Program-made: the position numbers and the translations under genes
Assembly (NCBI GenBank): GCA_963708135.1
Contig: OY970192.1
Coordinates: 1,472,001-1,536,000, forward strand
DNA length: 64,000 nucleotides
DNA from: an uncultured Gemmatimonadales bacterium
GTDB taxonomy: Bacteria; Gemmatimonadota; Gemmatimonadetes; Longimicrobiales; RSA9
Reading direction: 5' to 3'
Part shown: one piece after another, positions 1-9,694 of the stretch
How positions within the stretch are numbered: position 1 is the stretch's first letter
Layout: the number at the start of each line of letters is the position of its first letter
Notes under the pieces: model-generated
What the model was told of the DNA's origin: nothing
Seen by the model: the letters and a program-made list of their open reading frames with translations, nothing else
Database searches by the model: none

Positions 1-6
1 AACCCC

Positions 7-432
7 ATGGAACAGACGCTGGCCATCATCAAGCCCGACGCCGTCGGCCGCGGGCTCGCCGGACAGATCCTCGCCCTCCTCGAGGAGAAGGGCTTCCGCA
101 TCCGCGCCCTGCGCATGCTGCGCATGAGCGAGCCGCAGGCCCGCGAATTCTACGCGGTGCACCGGGATCGTCCCTTCTACGACTCGCTGGTCCGGTTCAT
201 GACCTCCGGCCCGGTCATTCCCGTGATCCTCGAGCGGGAGGGCGCGGTGACCCGGCTTCGGGAGGTCATCGGGGCCACGGATCCCGCGGAGGCCGCGCAT
301 GGCACCGTGCGGCAGCGCTTTGCGGAATCGAAGGAGCGCAACGCGATCCATGCATCCGATGCGGTCGAGACGGCGGCACGCGAAACGCGTTTCTTCTTCT
401 CGGAAGCGGACGTTCTGGGGACGCGGGGCTAG
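7..432 (+). CDS. ndk: Nucleoside diphosphate kinase
   Basis: N-terminal EQTLAIIKPDAV, FMTSGP, and catalytic NAIHASD motif; 141 aa. Confidence 0.97.
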   Translation: MEQTLAIIKPDAVGRGLAGQILALLEEKGFRIRALRMLRMSEPQAREFYAVHRDRPFYDSLVRFMTSGPVIPVILEREGAVTRLREVIGATDPAEAAHGTVRQRFAESKERNAIHASDAVETAARETRFFFSEADVLGTRG

Positions 433-454
433 GGAGTCGGGGCCGTTCGCTTGG

Positions 455-483
455 TTGACACGTCCAGGGGTTTCGAGCATCTT
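455..483 (+). promoter_or_regulatory. Sigma70-type promoter for the yceD-rpmF-fab operon (probably leaderless or near-leaderless)
   Basis: TTGACA (455-460), 17-bp spacer, CATCTT (478-483); ATG at 492 with no Shine-Dalgarno. Confidence 0.65.
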
Positions 484-491
484 ACACAGCT

Positions 492-1001
492 ATGCTGCAA
501 GTCGATCTGGGCTGTCTCGAGCGGCAGCGGCACGTGCGACTCGAGGCCGAGGTGGCCGCGGGCGATCCCCTCTGGAGCGATAGTGGACTGACGCTGGACG
601 GACCGCTGTCCGTGCGCCTCGATCTGCAGCAGGCGGGGCCGGACGTGGTGGTGCGGGGGGAGGCGAGCGGCCGGGTGCGGGCGAGCTGCCGGCGCTGCCT
701 GGCGGCGGTGAGGGTGGCTGTGGAGACGGAGATCTCGGCGCTGTACCGGGCCGGTGTGGATTCGGTGGAGGCGGAGGCGGAGGAGGTGTATCCGCTCCCG
801 GCGCGGGCGCAGGTGGTGGACCTGGGGCCGGCGATCCGGGAGCAGGTAGTGCTGGCGGCGCCGTCGTACGTGGTGTGCCGGGAGGAGTGCCGTGGGCTGT
901 GCCCGCGGTGTGGGACCGATCTGAACGAGGGGACGTGCGAGTGCGAGGTGGCGGACGCCGAGGAGCGGTGGGCGCCGCTGCGCAAGCTGAAGTTCGATTG
1001 A
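492..1001 (+). CDS. yceD: DUF177/YceD family ribosome-biogenesis protein
   Basis: CRRCL and CREECRGLCPRCGTDLN motifs, C-terminal RWAPLRKL, immediately upstream of rpmF. Confidence 0.92.
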   Translation: MLQVDLGCLERQRHVRLEAEVAAGDPLWSDSGLTLDGPLSVRLDLQQAGPDVVVRGEASGRVRASCRRCLAAVRVAVETEISALYRAGVDSVEAEAEEVYPLPARAQVVDLGPAIREQVVLAAPSYVVCREECRGLCPRCGTDLNEGTCECEVADAEERWAPLRKLKFD

Positions 1002-1011
1002 GGAGGAAACA

Positions 1012-1197
1012 ATGGCGGTACCGAAGAGGCGGGTCTCGAAGCAGCGCAAGCACAAGCGTCGGGGCCACCACAAGGCGGAGGCGGCGACGCTCGTGCGCTG
1101 CCCGAAGTGCGGGGACCCGAAGGTGCCGCACCGCGTTTGCCGGACGTGCGGAACGTACGCGGGCCAGCAGGTTCTGACGATCGAAGAAGAGCTCTAG
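1012..1197 (+). CDS. rpmF: 50S ribosomal protein L32 (Zn-ribbon form)
   Basis: MAVPKRRVSKQRK...CPKCG...PHRVCRTCGTY; strong SD GAGGAGG. Confidence 0.97.
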   Translation: MAVPKRRVSKQRKHKRRGHHKAEAATLVRCPKCGDPKVPHRVCRTCGTYAGQQVLTIEEEL

Positions 1198-1211
1198 TAC
1201 CGGAGGCCGTC

Positions 1212-2234
1212 GTGCGCATCGCGCTGGACGCCATGGGAACGGACCGACACCCTGAGGTGGAGGTACAGGGTGCCGTTCAGGCGTTGCGCGAGCTTCCGGG
1301 GGAGTTCACGCTGCTGCTGGTCGGGGACCGCGGCGCGATCGAGGCGGAGCTGGCGCGCTGCGGCGAGTTCCCGGCCGGGCGGCTGGAGATCGTGCACGCG
1401 GACCAGAAGATCGCGCCGGGGGAAGGCCCGGCGACGGCGGTGCGGCGCAAGCCGCAGTCCTCGATCGTGATCGGGCTCAGGCTGCAGCAGGATGGCAACG
1501 CGGACGCGTTCGTCAGCGCGGGATCGACGGGGGCGGTGATGGCGGCGTCGCTGTTCATCCTGCGGCCGCTGCCGGGGGTGGACCGGCCGGCGATCGCGAC
1601 GGTGCTGCCGACCAGCGCGGAGCCGGTGGTGATGCTGGACGCCGGGGCGAACGTGGACAGCAAGCCGCAGCAGCTGCTGCAGTTCGCCTATCTCGGCTCG
1701 ATCTACGCGCACGATGTGCTGCAGCGGCCGAACCCACGCGTCGGGCTGCTCAACATCGGCGAGGAGCCGGAGAAGGGGAACGAGCTGTCGCTGGAGGCGC
1801 ACCGGCTGCTGCGCGAGAGCGACCTGAACTTCGTGGGCAATGTCGAGGGCCGCGACATCATCCGCAGCGTCTGCGACGTGGTGGTGACGGATGGGTTCGT
1901 GGGCAACGTGCTGCTGAAGTTCTACGAGTCGGTGGCGGGCTTCGTCTACGGTCTGCTGGTACGGGAGTTCCGGGGCGACGGGGAGGCCGAGGTGCACCGG
2001 CAGAACATCTGCAACGCGCTGGATTACACGGAATACGGCGGCGCGCCGCTTCTGGGCGTGAACGGGATCTCCATCATCTGCCACGGCGGCTCGCCGCCGC
2101 ACGCGATCCGGAACGCGATCCGGGTGGCGGTCCAGGCGGTGCAGACGCGCATGGTGGGTCATATCCGGGAGCGGCTCGGCGGGGAAGGGGAGGAGAGCGC
2201 CGGGCGCGCGCACCGGCTCGCGGAGGGCGCATGA
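1212..2234 (+). CDS. plsX: Phosphate acyltransferase PlsX
   Basis: RIALDAMG, SAGSTGA, LDAGAN, NFVGNVEG, DGFVGN motifs; GTG start after GGAGG. Confidence 0.96.
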   Translation: MRIALDAMGTDRHPEVEVQGAVQALRELPGEFTLLLVGDRGAIEAELARCGEFPAGRLEIVHADQKIAPGEGPATAVRRKPQSSIVIGLRLQQDGNADAFVSAGSTGAVMAASLFILRPLPGVDRPAIATVLPTSAEPVVMLDAGANVDSKPQQLLQFAYLGSIYAHDVLQRPNPRVGLLNIGEEPEKGNELSLEAHRLLRESDLNFVGNVEGRDIIRSVCDVVVTDGFVGNVLLKFYESVAGFVYGLLVREFRGDGEAEVHRQNICNALDYTEYGGAPLLGVNGISIICHGGSPPHAIRNAIRVAVQAVQTRMVGHIRERLGGEGEESAGRAHRLAEGA

Positions 2235-3223
2235 AGCAACCGAAGCCGATCGTCGAGATCGCTGCCACCGGCCGGTACCTGCCGGACCGGGTGGTGACGA
2301 ACAGCGAGCTCGAGACGATGATGGACACGTCCGACGAGTGGATCCGGGAACGGACCGGGATCCGCGAGCGGCGGATCGCGCCGGCCGACGTGGGAGCGGC
2401 GGAGCTCGGGGCGGAGGCGGCCAAGGTCGCGATGTGCCGCGCGGGCGTGCAGGCGGGCGAGATCGACCTGATCGTGGTATCCACGGCGACGCCGGACCGG
2501 CTGCTGCCTTCGACGGCGTGCGACATCCAGGCGCTGCTGGGGGCGACGAACGCGGCTGCGTTCGACATCTCGGCGGCGTGCTCCGGCTTCATCTACGCGC
2601 TGGGTGTGGCGGAGGGTCACCTGGCGGCGAACCGGGGCGAGGTCGCGCTGGTCATTTCGGCGGAGAAGATGACGGGGATCGTGGACTGGAGCGACCGGTC
2701 CACGGCGGTGCTGTTCGGGGATGGCGCGGGCGCGGCGGTGGTGCGGCGGTCCACCGGCGGGCGGGGCATTCTGTCCAGCTACATCCGCTCGGACGGTACG
2801 CTGGCGGAGCTGCTCTGGCGGCCGGCGGGTGGGGTCAAGATCCCGATGGACTACGCGGTGCTCGACGAGCGCTCGCACCTCGTGAAGATGGCGGGGCGCG
2901 AGGTGTTCAAGGCGGCGGTGCGCTCGATGGCGGATGCGGCGGACCAGGCGCTGCTGCGGGCCGGGCTGACGGGCGAGGACATCGACATCTTCATCCCGCA
3001 CCAGGCCAACATCCGGATCATCGAGGCTACCGCCCGTTACGCCAAGGTCCCGATGGAGAAGGTCTTCGTCAACGTGGACCGTTACGGCAACATGAGCTCG
3101 GCCACGATCCCGGTGGCGCTCGACGAGGCGCTGGAGCAGGGACGGATCAAGCCGGGCGACAACATCCTCATGGCCGCCTTCGGGGCCGGCTTCACGTGGG
3201 CGTCGGCGGTGATCCGTTGGTAG
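2231..3223 (+). CDS. fabH: 3-oxoacyl-ACP synthase III
   Basis: AACSGF (catalytic Cys), FGDGAGA, PHQAN, GNMSSA, FGAGFTW. Confidence 0.97.
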   Translation: MKQPKPIVEIAATGRYLPDRVVTNSELETMMDTSDEWIRERTGIRERRIAPADVGAAELGAEAAKVAMCRAGVQAGEIDLIVVSTATPDRLLPSTACDIQALLGATNAAAFDISAACSGFIYALGVAEGHLAANRGEVALVISAEKMTGIVDWSDRSTAVLFGDGAGAAVVRRSTGGRGILSSYIRSDGTLAELLWRPAGGVKIPMDYAVLDERSHLVKMAGREVFKAAVRSMADAADQALLRAGLTGEDIDIFIPHQANIRIIEATARYAKVPMEKVFVNVDRYGNMSSATIPVALDEALEQGRIKPGDNILMAAFGAGFTWASAVIRW

Positions 3224-4140
3224 CGCTGCTGTTCCCGGGGCAGGGCTCGCAGCAGGTCGGCATGGGGCGCGACCTGGCCGAGCGCTACCCTGCCGCGCGC
3301 GAGACCTTCGAGGCCGCGGACGCGGCGCTGGGCGTGCCGCTCTCGCGGATCGCATGGGAGGGGCCGGAGGAGGAGCTGACGGCCACGCACAACGCGCAGC
3401 CCGCGATCCTGACCCATTCGGTCGCGGTCTACCGCGTGATCGCCGAGGCGCTGGGGGCCGTTCGCTACGCGGCAGGGCACTCGCTGGGCGAGTTCAGCGC
3501 GTACGCCGCGGCGGGCGCCCTCGACTTCGGGGACGCCGTGCGGACCGTGCGCCGGCGCGGGGAGCTCATGTACCGCGCCGGACGGGAGCGGCCCGGAACG
3601 ATGGCGGCGATCCTCGGCCTGGATGACGAGGCGGTGGAGCGGGCGTGCGTCGCGGCCACCGGCGACGGGGGCGAGTGCGTGGCGGCGAACTACAACGCGC
3701 CGTCGCAGGTCGTGATCAGCGGGGACGTGGCCGCGGTCGAGCGAGCCATGGTCCTGGCCCGGGAGGCGGGGGCGAAGCGGGCGGTCCGGCTGAACGTGTC
3801 GGGTGCCTTCCACTCGCCGCTGATGGAGCCGGCACGCGCGGGACTGGCGGATCAGCTCGCACGCGTGGAGATGAACGCCCCGGCCTTTGCCGTGGTGTCC
3901 AACGTGAGCGGTCGGCCGGTGGAGACGGTGGAGGCGGCCAAGCCGCTGCTGGTGGAGCAGCTCACCTCTCCGGTCCGCTGGACGCAGAGCATGCGGCTGC
4001 TGGTGGATGCGGGCGTGCAGCGCTTCCTCGAGGTCGGGCCCGGGGCGGTGCTGGCGGGGCTGCTGAAGCGGGTTTCGCGGGACGTGGAGGCGCGCAGCAT
4101 CGGAACGGCGGAACAGGTCTCGGAGTTCCTGGGGCGGTGA
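3217..4140 (+). CDS. fabD: Malonyl-CoA:ACP transacylase (start uncertain: TTG 3217 or GTG 3196)
   Basis: [28 protein letters not shown] motifs in the 2338..4140 frame. Confidence 0.94.
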   Translation: MVALLFPGQGSQQVGMGRDLAERYPAARETFEAADAALGVPLSRIAWEGPEEELTATHNAQPAILTHSVAVYRVIAEALGAVRYAAGHSLGEFSAYAAAGALDFGDAVRTVRRRGELMYRAGRERPGTMAAILGLDDEAVERACVAATGDGGECVAANYNAPSQVVISGDVAAVERAMVLAREAGAKRAVRLNVSGAFHSPLMEPARAGLADQLARVEMNAPAFAVVSNVSGRPVETVEAAKPLLVEQLTSPVRWTQSMRLLVDAGVQRFLEVGPGAVLAGLLKRVSRDVEARSIGTAEQVSEFLGR

Positions 4141-4901
4141 TGACGAACGGGAACACGGCGGTGGGCGAGCTGTCGGGACAGGTTGCGCTGGTGACGGGCG
4201 GCAGCCGGGGCATCGGCCGCGCGGTCGCGGCGGAGCTCGCGCGTGCGGGCGCACGGGTTGCGCTGAGCGCGCGCGCCGCGGCGCGCGCGGCGGCGGCGGC
4301 GGCGGAACTGCCCGGGAGCGGGCATGCCGGGTACGCCGCGGACGTGGCGGATGCGGCGGCGGTGGAGGCGCTCGTCGAGCGGGTGGAGGCGGAGCAGGGG
4401 CCGGTGGCGATCCTCGTCAACAACGCGGGGATCACCGAGGATGGCCTGCTCGTGCGGCTGAGCGAGGAGGCGTGGGACCGGGTCCTCGACACGAACCTGA
4501 AGGGCGCGTTCCACATGATCAGGGCGGTGGCGCGCGGGATGATGCGGCGGCGGTCGGGCCGGATCGTGAACATCACGAGCGTGGTCGGGCTCGTGGGCAA
4601 CAAGGGGCAGGCGAACTACGCCGCCTCGAAGGCGGGGCTGTTGGGGCTGACGAAGTCGGTCGCCAGGGAGCTGGCCTCGCGCGGGATCCTGTGCAACGCG
4701 GTCGCTCCCGGCTATATCGAGACGGAGATGACCGCCGGGCTGGGCGAGCAGGCGAAGGAGGCGCTGGCGGCGCAGATCGCCGTAGGGCGTCTCGGCACGC
4801 CGGACGACGTCGCCGGGGTGGTACGGTTCCTGGTCGGGCCGGCCGGGAGCTACATCACGGGCCAGACGATCGTCGTGGACGGCGGCATGGTCATGCAGTA
4901 A
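4140..4901 (+). CDS. fabG: 3-oxoacyl-ACP reductase
   Basis: [24 protein letters not shown]; located between fabD and acpP. Confidence 0.96.
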   Translation: MTNGNTAVGELSGQVALVTGGSRGIGRAVAAELARAGARVALSARAAARAAAAAAELPGSGHAGYAADVADAAAVEALVERVEAEQGPVAILVNNAGITEDGLLVRLSEEAWDRVLDTNLKGAFHMIRAVARGMMRRRSGRIVNITSVVGLVGNKGQANYAASKAGLLGLTKSVARELASRGILCNAVAPGYIETEMTAGLGEQAKEALAAQIAVGRLGTPDDVAGVVRFLVGPAGSYITGQTIVVDGGMVMQ

Positions 4902-4924
4902 CACCCCCAAACCGTGAGGAAACG

Positions 4925-5167
4925 ATGGCGGAGAACACCGAGGCGAAGGTCAAGGAGATCATCATCAACGAGCTGGGCGTGGAGCCGGAGAAGGTGACGC
5001 CGGAGGCCTCGTTCGTGGAGGATCTCGGGGCCGACTCGCTGGACACCGTCGAGCTGGTGATGGCGTTCGAGGAAGAGTTCGGGATCGAGATCCCGGACGA
5101 GGATGCGGAGAAGCTCCAGACGGTGGGTGATGCAATCACCTACCTGAAGGAGAAGGGGGTCGCCTGA
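4925..5167 (+). CDS. acpP: Acyl carrier protein
   Basis: [20 protein letters not shown] phosphopantetheine motif; SD GAGG. Confidence 0.98.
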   Translation: MAENTEAKVKEIIINELGVEPEKVTPEASFVEDLGADSLDTVELVMAFEEEFGIEIPDEDAEKLQTVGDAITYLKEKGVA

Positions 5168-5204
5168 GCCCGTGTGCCCGCAGTCGGCAGAACGGGAGGA
5201 TGCG

Positions 5205-6476
5205 ATGACCATGCGTACCCCGCAGCAGCACCGGGTCGTGATCACCGGCGTGGGGCTCGTCACGCCGGTCGGGAACGATGTCGAGAGCGCGTGGAGCGCG
5301 CTCCTGGCGGGAGTGAGCGGCGCCGGGCCGATCACGCAGTTCGATGCCACGCCGGACTTCGACGTGCGCTTCGCCTGCGAGGTCAAGGGCTTCGATCCGG
5401 AGCAGTACCTGGAGAAGAAGGAAGCCCGGCGGATGGACCGGTTCGCGCAATTCGCGATGGCCACGTCGCAGCAGGCGATGCGGTGCGCCGGCCTGGAGGA
5501 CACGCTGGACGGCGTGGACCGCAACCGCTTCGGCGTGGTGATCGGTAGCGGCATCGGCGGGATCGCCACGTTCGAGGAGCAGGCGCGCACGATGTTCGAG
5601 CGCGGGCCGAAGCGGATCAGTCCGTTCTTCGTGCCGATGTTCATCCCGGACATCGCGGCCGGCCACGTGTCGATGCGGTACGGCGCGCGGGGGCCGAACC
5701 TGGCCACGGTCTCGGCATGCGCATCGAGCGCGCACGCCGTGGGCATCGCGTTCCGGCTGGTTCAGCGAGGCGAGGCCGACCTCATGCTGGCGGGCGGGGC
5801 CGAGGCGACGGTCACGCCGATGACGATCGCCGGCTTCGCGAACATGAAGGCCCTCTCGACCCGTAACGACTCGCCGGAGACGGCGAGCCGTCCGTTCGAC
5901 GCCACGCGCGACGGCTTCGTGCTGGGCGAGGGCTCGGGCGTGCTGGTGCTCGAGTCGCTGGAGCACGCCCGCCGGCGCGGCGCGCCGATCGTGGCGGAAG
6001 TGGTGGGGTTCGGGCAGAGCGCCGATGCGTACCACCTGACGGCGCCCGCGCCCGAGGGGGTGGGCGCGCAGCTCGCCATGAGGGCGGCCCTGGCGGATGC
6101 GGGGCTGGCGCCGGAAGATGTAGACTACATCAACGCGCACGGCACCTCCACGCCGATGAACGACCTGAACGAGACGCTGGCGGTGAAGGCGGCGTTCGGG
6201 GATGCCGCGCGCCGGCTCGTCGTGGGCTCGACCAAGTCGATGACGGGGCACCTGCTGGGCGCCGCCGGCGGTGTGGAGGCGGTGATCTGCGCGCTGGCGA
6301 TCCGGGACGGCAGGATCCCACCGACCATCAACTTCAGCACGCCGGACCCCGCGTGCGATCTCGACTACGCGCACGGCGGGGTGGTGGAGCGGGACGTCGA
6401 GGTAGCGCTGTCGAACTCATTCGGCTTCGGCGGCCACAACGTCTGTCTGGCGATCCGGCGCTACGTAGCCGGCTGA
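5205..6476 (+). CDS. fabF: 3-oxoacyl-ACP synthase II
   Basis: RVVITGVG, SACAS, NAHGTST, KSMTGHLLGAAG, NSFGFGGHN. Confidence 0.97.
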   Translation: MTMRTPQQHRVVITGVGLVTPVGNDVESAWSALLAGVSGAGPITQFDATPDFDVRFACEVKGFDPEQYLEKKEARRMDRFAQFAMATSQQAMRCAGLEDTLDGVDRNRFGVVIGSGIGGIATFEEQARTMFERGPKRISPFFVPMFIPDIAAGHVSMRYGARGPNLATVSACASSAHAVGIAFRLVQRGEADLMLAGGAEATVTPMTIAGFANMKALSTRNDSPETASRPFDATRDGFVLGEGSGVLVLESLEHARRRGAPIVAEVVGFGQSADAYHLTAPAPEGVGAQLAMRAALADAGLAPEDVDYINAHGTSTPMNDLNETLAVKAAFGDAARRLVVGSTKSMTGHLLGAAGGVEAVICALAIRDGRIPPTINFSTPDPACDLDYAHGGVVERDVEVALSNSFGFGGHNVCLAIRRYVAG

Positions 6477-6501
6477 GGGAAGACGACCCGGCAGGCAAGG
6501 C

Positions 6502-6534
6502 CGCGGCCCCGCGGGAGCTTCCCCCGGGGCCGCG
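6502..6534 (+). terminator. GC-rich hairpin after fabF (possible terminator; no U-tract)
   Basis: CGCGGCCCCG (6502-6511) pairs with CGGGGCCGCG (6525-6534). Confidence 0.45.
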
Positions 6535-6625
6535 TCGCGTACCGGGGCCTGGGCGTGACGGACACGGGCGGGTGCCGGATCGCGCGGCCGTGCGGGTGCG
6601 CCCGCGCCTGAGGCCGCGCTCTTGC

Positions 6626-6655
6626 TTGCCGGGTCGAGGTGGGACGCCCTATTGT
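6626..6655 (+). promoter_or_regulatory. Possible sigma70 promoter for mqnE
   Basis: TTGCCG, 18-bp spacer, TATTGT, within the fabF-mqnE intergenic region. Confidence 0.4.
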
Positions 6656-6703
6656 TCCGCGCGAAGAAGGACTCTGGACGATGAACCCTGGCCGGACGGA
6701 GCC

Positions 6704-7843
6704 ATGACACCGGCTGTTGCCGAAGAGCTTCTCGTGCAGCCGACCGATCCTCGACTCGTGCCGATCGCCGGGAAGGTTCTCGCGGGCGAGCGGCTGGACG
6801 AGGGCGACGGCGTCGCACTGTTCGAGACGAACGATCTGCTGGCGGTGGGCGCGCTGGCCGACCACGTGAACCGGGCGAAGAACGGGGATCGCGTGTTCTT
6901 CGTCGCCAACCAGCACATCAACCCGACCAACGTCTGCATCCTGCGCAACACGTGCGTGTTCTGCTCGTACGCGCGGATGCCGAAGGAGGAAGGGGCGTAC
7001 ACGATGTCGCTCGAGGAGGCGTGGGGCGAGGCCTCCCGGGTGGAAGACACGCCGATCCGCGAGTTCCACATCGTGGGCGGGCTGCACCCGAAGCTGAGGG
7101 TGGACTACTACGCCGACATGATCCGCGGGCTCAAGGAGCGGCACCCGGGCGTGGAGGTGAAGGCGCTCACCGCCGTGGAAATCGCGAACCTGGCCCGGGT
7201 GGAGCGGACGAGCTTCGAGGATGTGCTCGCGCGGCTCAAGGAGGCGGGGCTGGACACCATGCCGGGCGGTGGCGCGGAAGTGTTTTCGAGCGGCGTGCGC
7301 GCGACGATCGCGGACCGGAAGCTCGTGGCGGAAGAGTGGCTGGAGGTGCACCGGGTCGCCCACGGGCTGGGGATCCGGACCAACTGCACGATGCTCTACG
7401 GGCACGTGGAGAGCTATCGCGACCGGATCGACCATCTGGCCATGCTGAGGCGGCTGCAGGACGAGACGGGTGGGTTCCTGACCTACATCCCGTTGGCGTA
7501 CCACCCGGACAACAACGAGCTGGGAAAGACGCTGGGTCGGCAGGGCACCGCGACGACGGGAACCGACGACCTGAAGAACCTGGCCGTCGGCCGGCTGTTC
7601 CTGGACAACTTCGACCACATCAAGACCCATTGGATCATGAACACGGCCAAGGTCAGCCAGATCGCGCTGCACTTCGGCGTGGACGACCTGGAGGGCACCG
7701 TGGTGCGGGAGAAGATCTACCACGAGGCGGGTGCCCACACGCCGCAGGGTCTCACCTTCAAGGAGATCATCAGGCTGATCAGGGATGCCGGAAAGCGGCC
7801 CACGGAGCGCGACGCGCACTACAACGAGCTGCGGGAGTGGTGA
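6704..7843 (+). CDS. mqnE: Aminofutalosine synthase (radical SAM)
   Basis: HINPTNVC...CVFC, EFHIVGGLHP, KALTAVEI, MPGGGAE, TNCTMLYGHVE, FGVDDLEGTVVREKIYHEAGA. Confidence 0.9.
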   Translation: MTPAVAEELLVQPTDPRLVPIAGKVLAGERLDEGDGVALFETNDLLAVGALADHVNRAKNGDRVFFVANQHINPTNVCILRNTCVFCSYARMPKEEGAYTMSLEEAWGEASRVEDTPIREFHIVGGLHPKLRVDYYADMIRGLKERHPGVEVKALTAVEIANLARVERTSFEDVLARLKEAGLDTMPGGGAEVFSSGVRATIADRKLVAEEWLEVHRVAHGLGIRTNCTMLYGHVESYRDRIDHLAMLRRLQDETGGFLTYIPLAYHPDNNELGKTLGRQGTATTGTDDLKNLAVGRLFLDNFDHIKTHWIMNTAKVSQIALHFGVDDLEGTVVREKIYHEAGAHTPQGLTFKEIIRLIRDAGKRPTERDAHYNELREW

Positions 7844-9099
7844 TGGCGGATCGTGCCGTAGCACCGGAACAGCGCGCGCTGCCGATTCTGCGGACGGTCT
7901 CGCCGCGCCTGCGCGAGCCGACCGCGGAAGGCGCGGTCGGGGTCGCCCGTCCCGCGCCGCAGCCCGCCTACGTGCCGCCGCCGCTGGAGGGGCGGCCGCA
8001 CGAGCAGGAGATCCGCCACTGGCTGGACGTGCTGGAGCGGACCCCGTTCCTGGAGTTGGCGGCACGGGCCGATGGCGTGCGCCGCGCGAAGCACCCGGAG
8101 GGGATCGTCAGCTACATCGTGGACCGGAACATCAACTACACCAACACCTGCATCACCGACTGCAAGTTCTGCGCGTTCTACCGGCGCCCGAAGGATGCCG
8201 AGGCATACGTGCTGAGCTACGAGGAGATCGGGGCGAAGATCGACGAGGCGAAGGCGCTCGGGGCGGTGCAGATCCTGATGCAGGGCGGCCACAATCCGTA
8301 TCTCCCCTTCGACTGGTACCTGGGGCTGCTCCGCTACATCAAGGAGGAGCACCCGATCCACGTGCATGGCTTCAGCGCGTCGGAGATCGAGCTCATGACG
8401 CGCGTGACCCGGCTGCCGCTGGACGAGGTGCTCCGGCAGCTTCACGAGGCCGGCCTGGACTCGATCCCGGGCGCGGGCGGGGAGATCCTGGTGGACGCGG
8501 TGCGGGACGTCATCGCGCCGAGGAAGATCGATTCGAGCCGCTGGCTCGAGATCCACGAGGCGGCGCACGAGGCGGGGATGCACACCACGGCGACCATGAT
8601 GTACGGGGTCGGCGAGACGTGGGCGGACCGGCTGGAGCACGTGCTCAGGGTACGCGCCTCTCAGGAGCGGAGCCTGGCGCGCGCCGGCGGCCGCTACACG
8701 GCCTTCATCGCCTGGTCGTTCCAGCCGTTGCACACCGAGATGCGGGCGTGGGATCTCGAGCTCGGCACCGGGATGGACTACCTGCGGATGACGGCGCTCG
8801 CGCGCCTGGCGCTGGACAACGTCGACAACCTCCAGGTCTCCTATGTGACGCAGGGGCCAAAGATGGCCCAGATCGCGCTGCGCATGGGCGCGAACGACTT
8901 CGGCTCGCTCATGATCGAGGAGAACGTGGTCAGCGCGGCCGGAATCGACTTCATCATGCCGGAGGGCGAGATCCGGCGGCTGATCGACGGAGCCGGCCTG
9001 GAGCCGCGCCGCCGCTACCAGGACTACACGCTGGTGGCGGAAAGCGATGAGGGCTGCCCGTGCTGCGCGCGCCGCGCGACCTTGCGGGCCAGCGCCTGA
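7843..9099 (+). CDS. mqnC: Dehypoxanthine futalosine cyclase (radical SAM)
   Basis: YIVDRNINYTNTCITDCKFCAF, QILMQGG, TTATMMYG, GANDFGSLMIEENVV. Confidence 0.9.
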   Translation: MADRAVAPEQRALPILRTVSPRLREPTAEGAVGVARPAPQPAYVPPPLEGRPHEQEIRHWLDVLERTPFLELAARADGVRRAKHPEGIVSYIVDRNINYTNTCITDCKFCAFYRRPKDAEAYVLSYEEIGAKIDEAKALGAVQILMQGGHNPYLPFDWYLGLLRYIKEEHPIHVHGFSASEIELMTRVTRLPLDEVLRQLHEAGLDSIPGAGGEILVDAVRDVIAPRKIDSSRWLEIHEAAHEAGMHTTATMMYGVGETWADRLEHVLRVRASQERSLARAGGRYTAFIAWSFQPLHTEMRAWDLELGTGMDYLRMTALARLALDNVDNLQVSYVTQGPKMAQIALRMGANDFGSLMIEENVVSAAGIDFIMPEGEIRRLIDGAGLEPRRRYQDYTLVAESDEGCPCCARRATLRASA

Positions 9100-9202
9100 G
9101 CGCCCGCGTCGCCGCGCGCCCGCGGGCGGCCGCCGGCGCGACGCCCGGGGCGCGGTCGGCTCCGGGCGTCTTGACGATGGAGGGCGCGCCAGGGAGGCGG
9201 CC

Positions 9203-9679
9203 ATGAGGGTGGGCATCGGGTACGACTCGCACCGCTTCGACGACGGACGGCCGCTGGTGCTGGGAGGTGTCGAGATTCCCGGCCATGCGGGCCTGGCAGG
9301 CCACTCCGACGGCGACGCCGTGGCCCACGCCGTGGCGGACGCCCTGCTCGGGGCGGCCGCGCTCGGCGACATCGGCAGCCACTTCCCCCCCTCCGAGGAG
9401 CGCTGGTGCGGCGCCGACTCCATTGATTTGCTGGCGGCGAGCCGGACGCTGGTGGAGCACGCCGGCTTCCGCGTGGCCAATGTGGACGTGACGGTGGTCT
9501 GCGAGAGCCCGCGCATCGGACCGCACGCGGAGCGGATGCGGCAGCGCCTCGCCGGTGCGCTGAAGGTTCCCGGCGAGTGCGTGTCCGTGAAGGGGAAGAG
9601 CAACGAGGGGCTGGGCTGGATCGGCGCCGGGGAGGGGCTCGCGGCCCTCGCCGTCGCCGCCATCGAACGGACGCGGTAG
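9203..9679 (+). CDS. ispF: 2-C-methyl-D-erythritol 2,4-cyclodiphosphate synthase
   Basis: MRVGIGYDSHRF, GHSDGD, DALLGAAALGDIG, VSVKGKSNEG; SD GGGAGG. Confidence 0.96.
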   Translation: MRVGIGYDSHRFDDGRPLVLGGVEIPGHAGLAGHSDGDAVAHAVADALLGAAALGDIGSHFPPSEERWCGADSIDLLAASRTLVEHAGFRVANVDVTVVCESPRIGPHAERMRQRLAGALKVPGECVSVKGKSNEGLGWIGAGEGLAALAVAAIERTR

Positions 9680-9694
9680 GGCGGGGAGGCGTCC

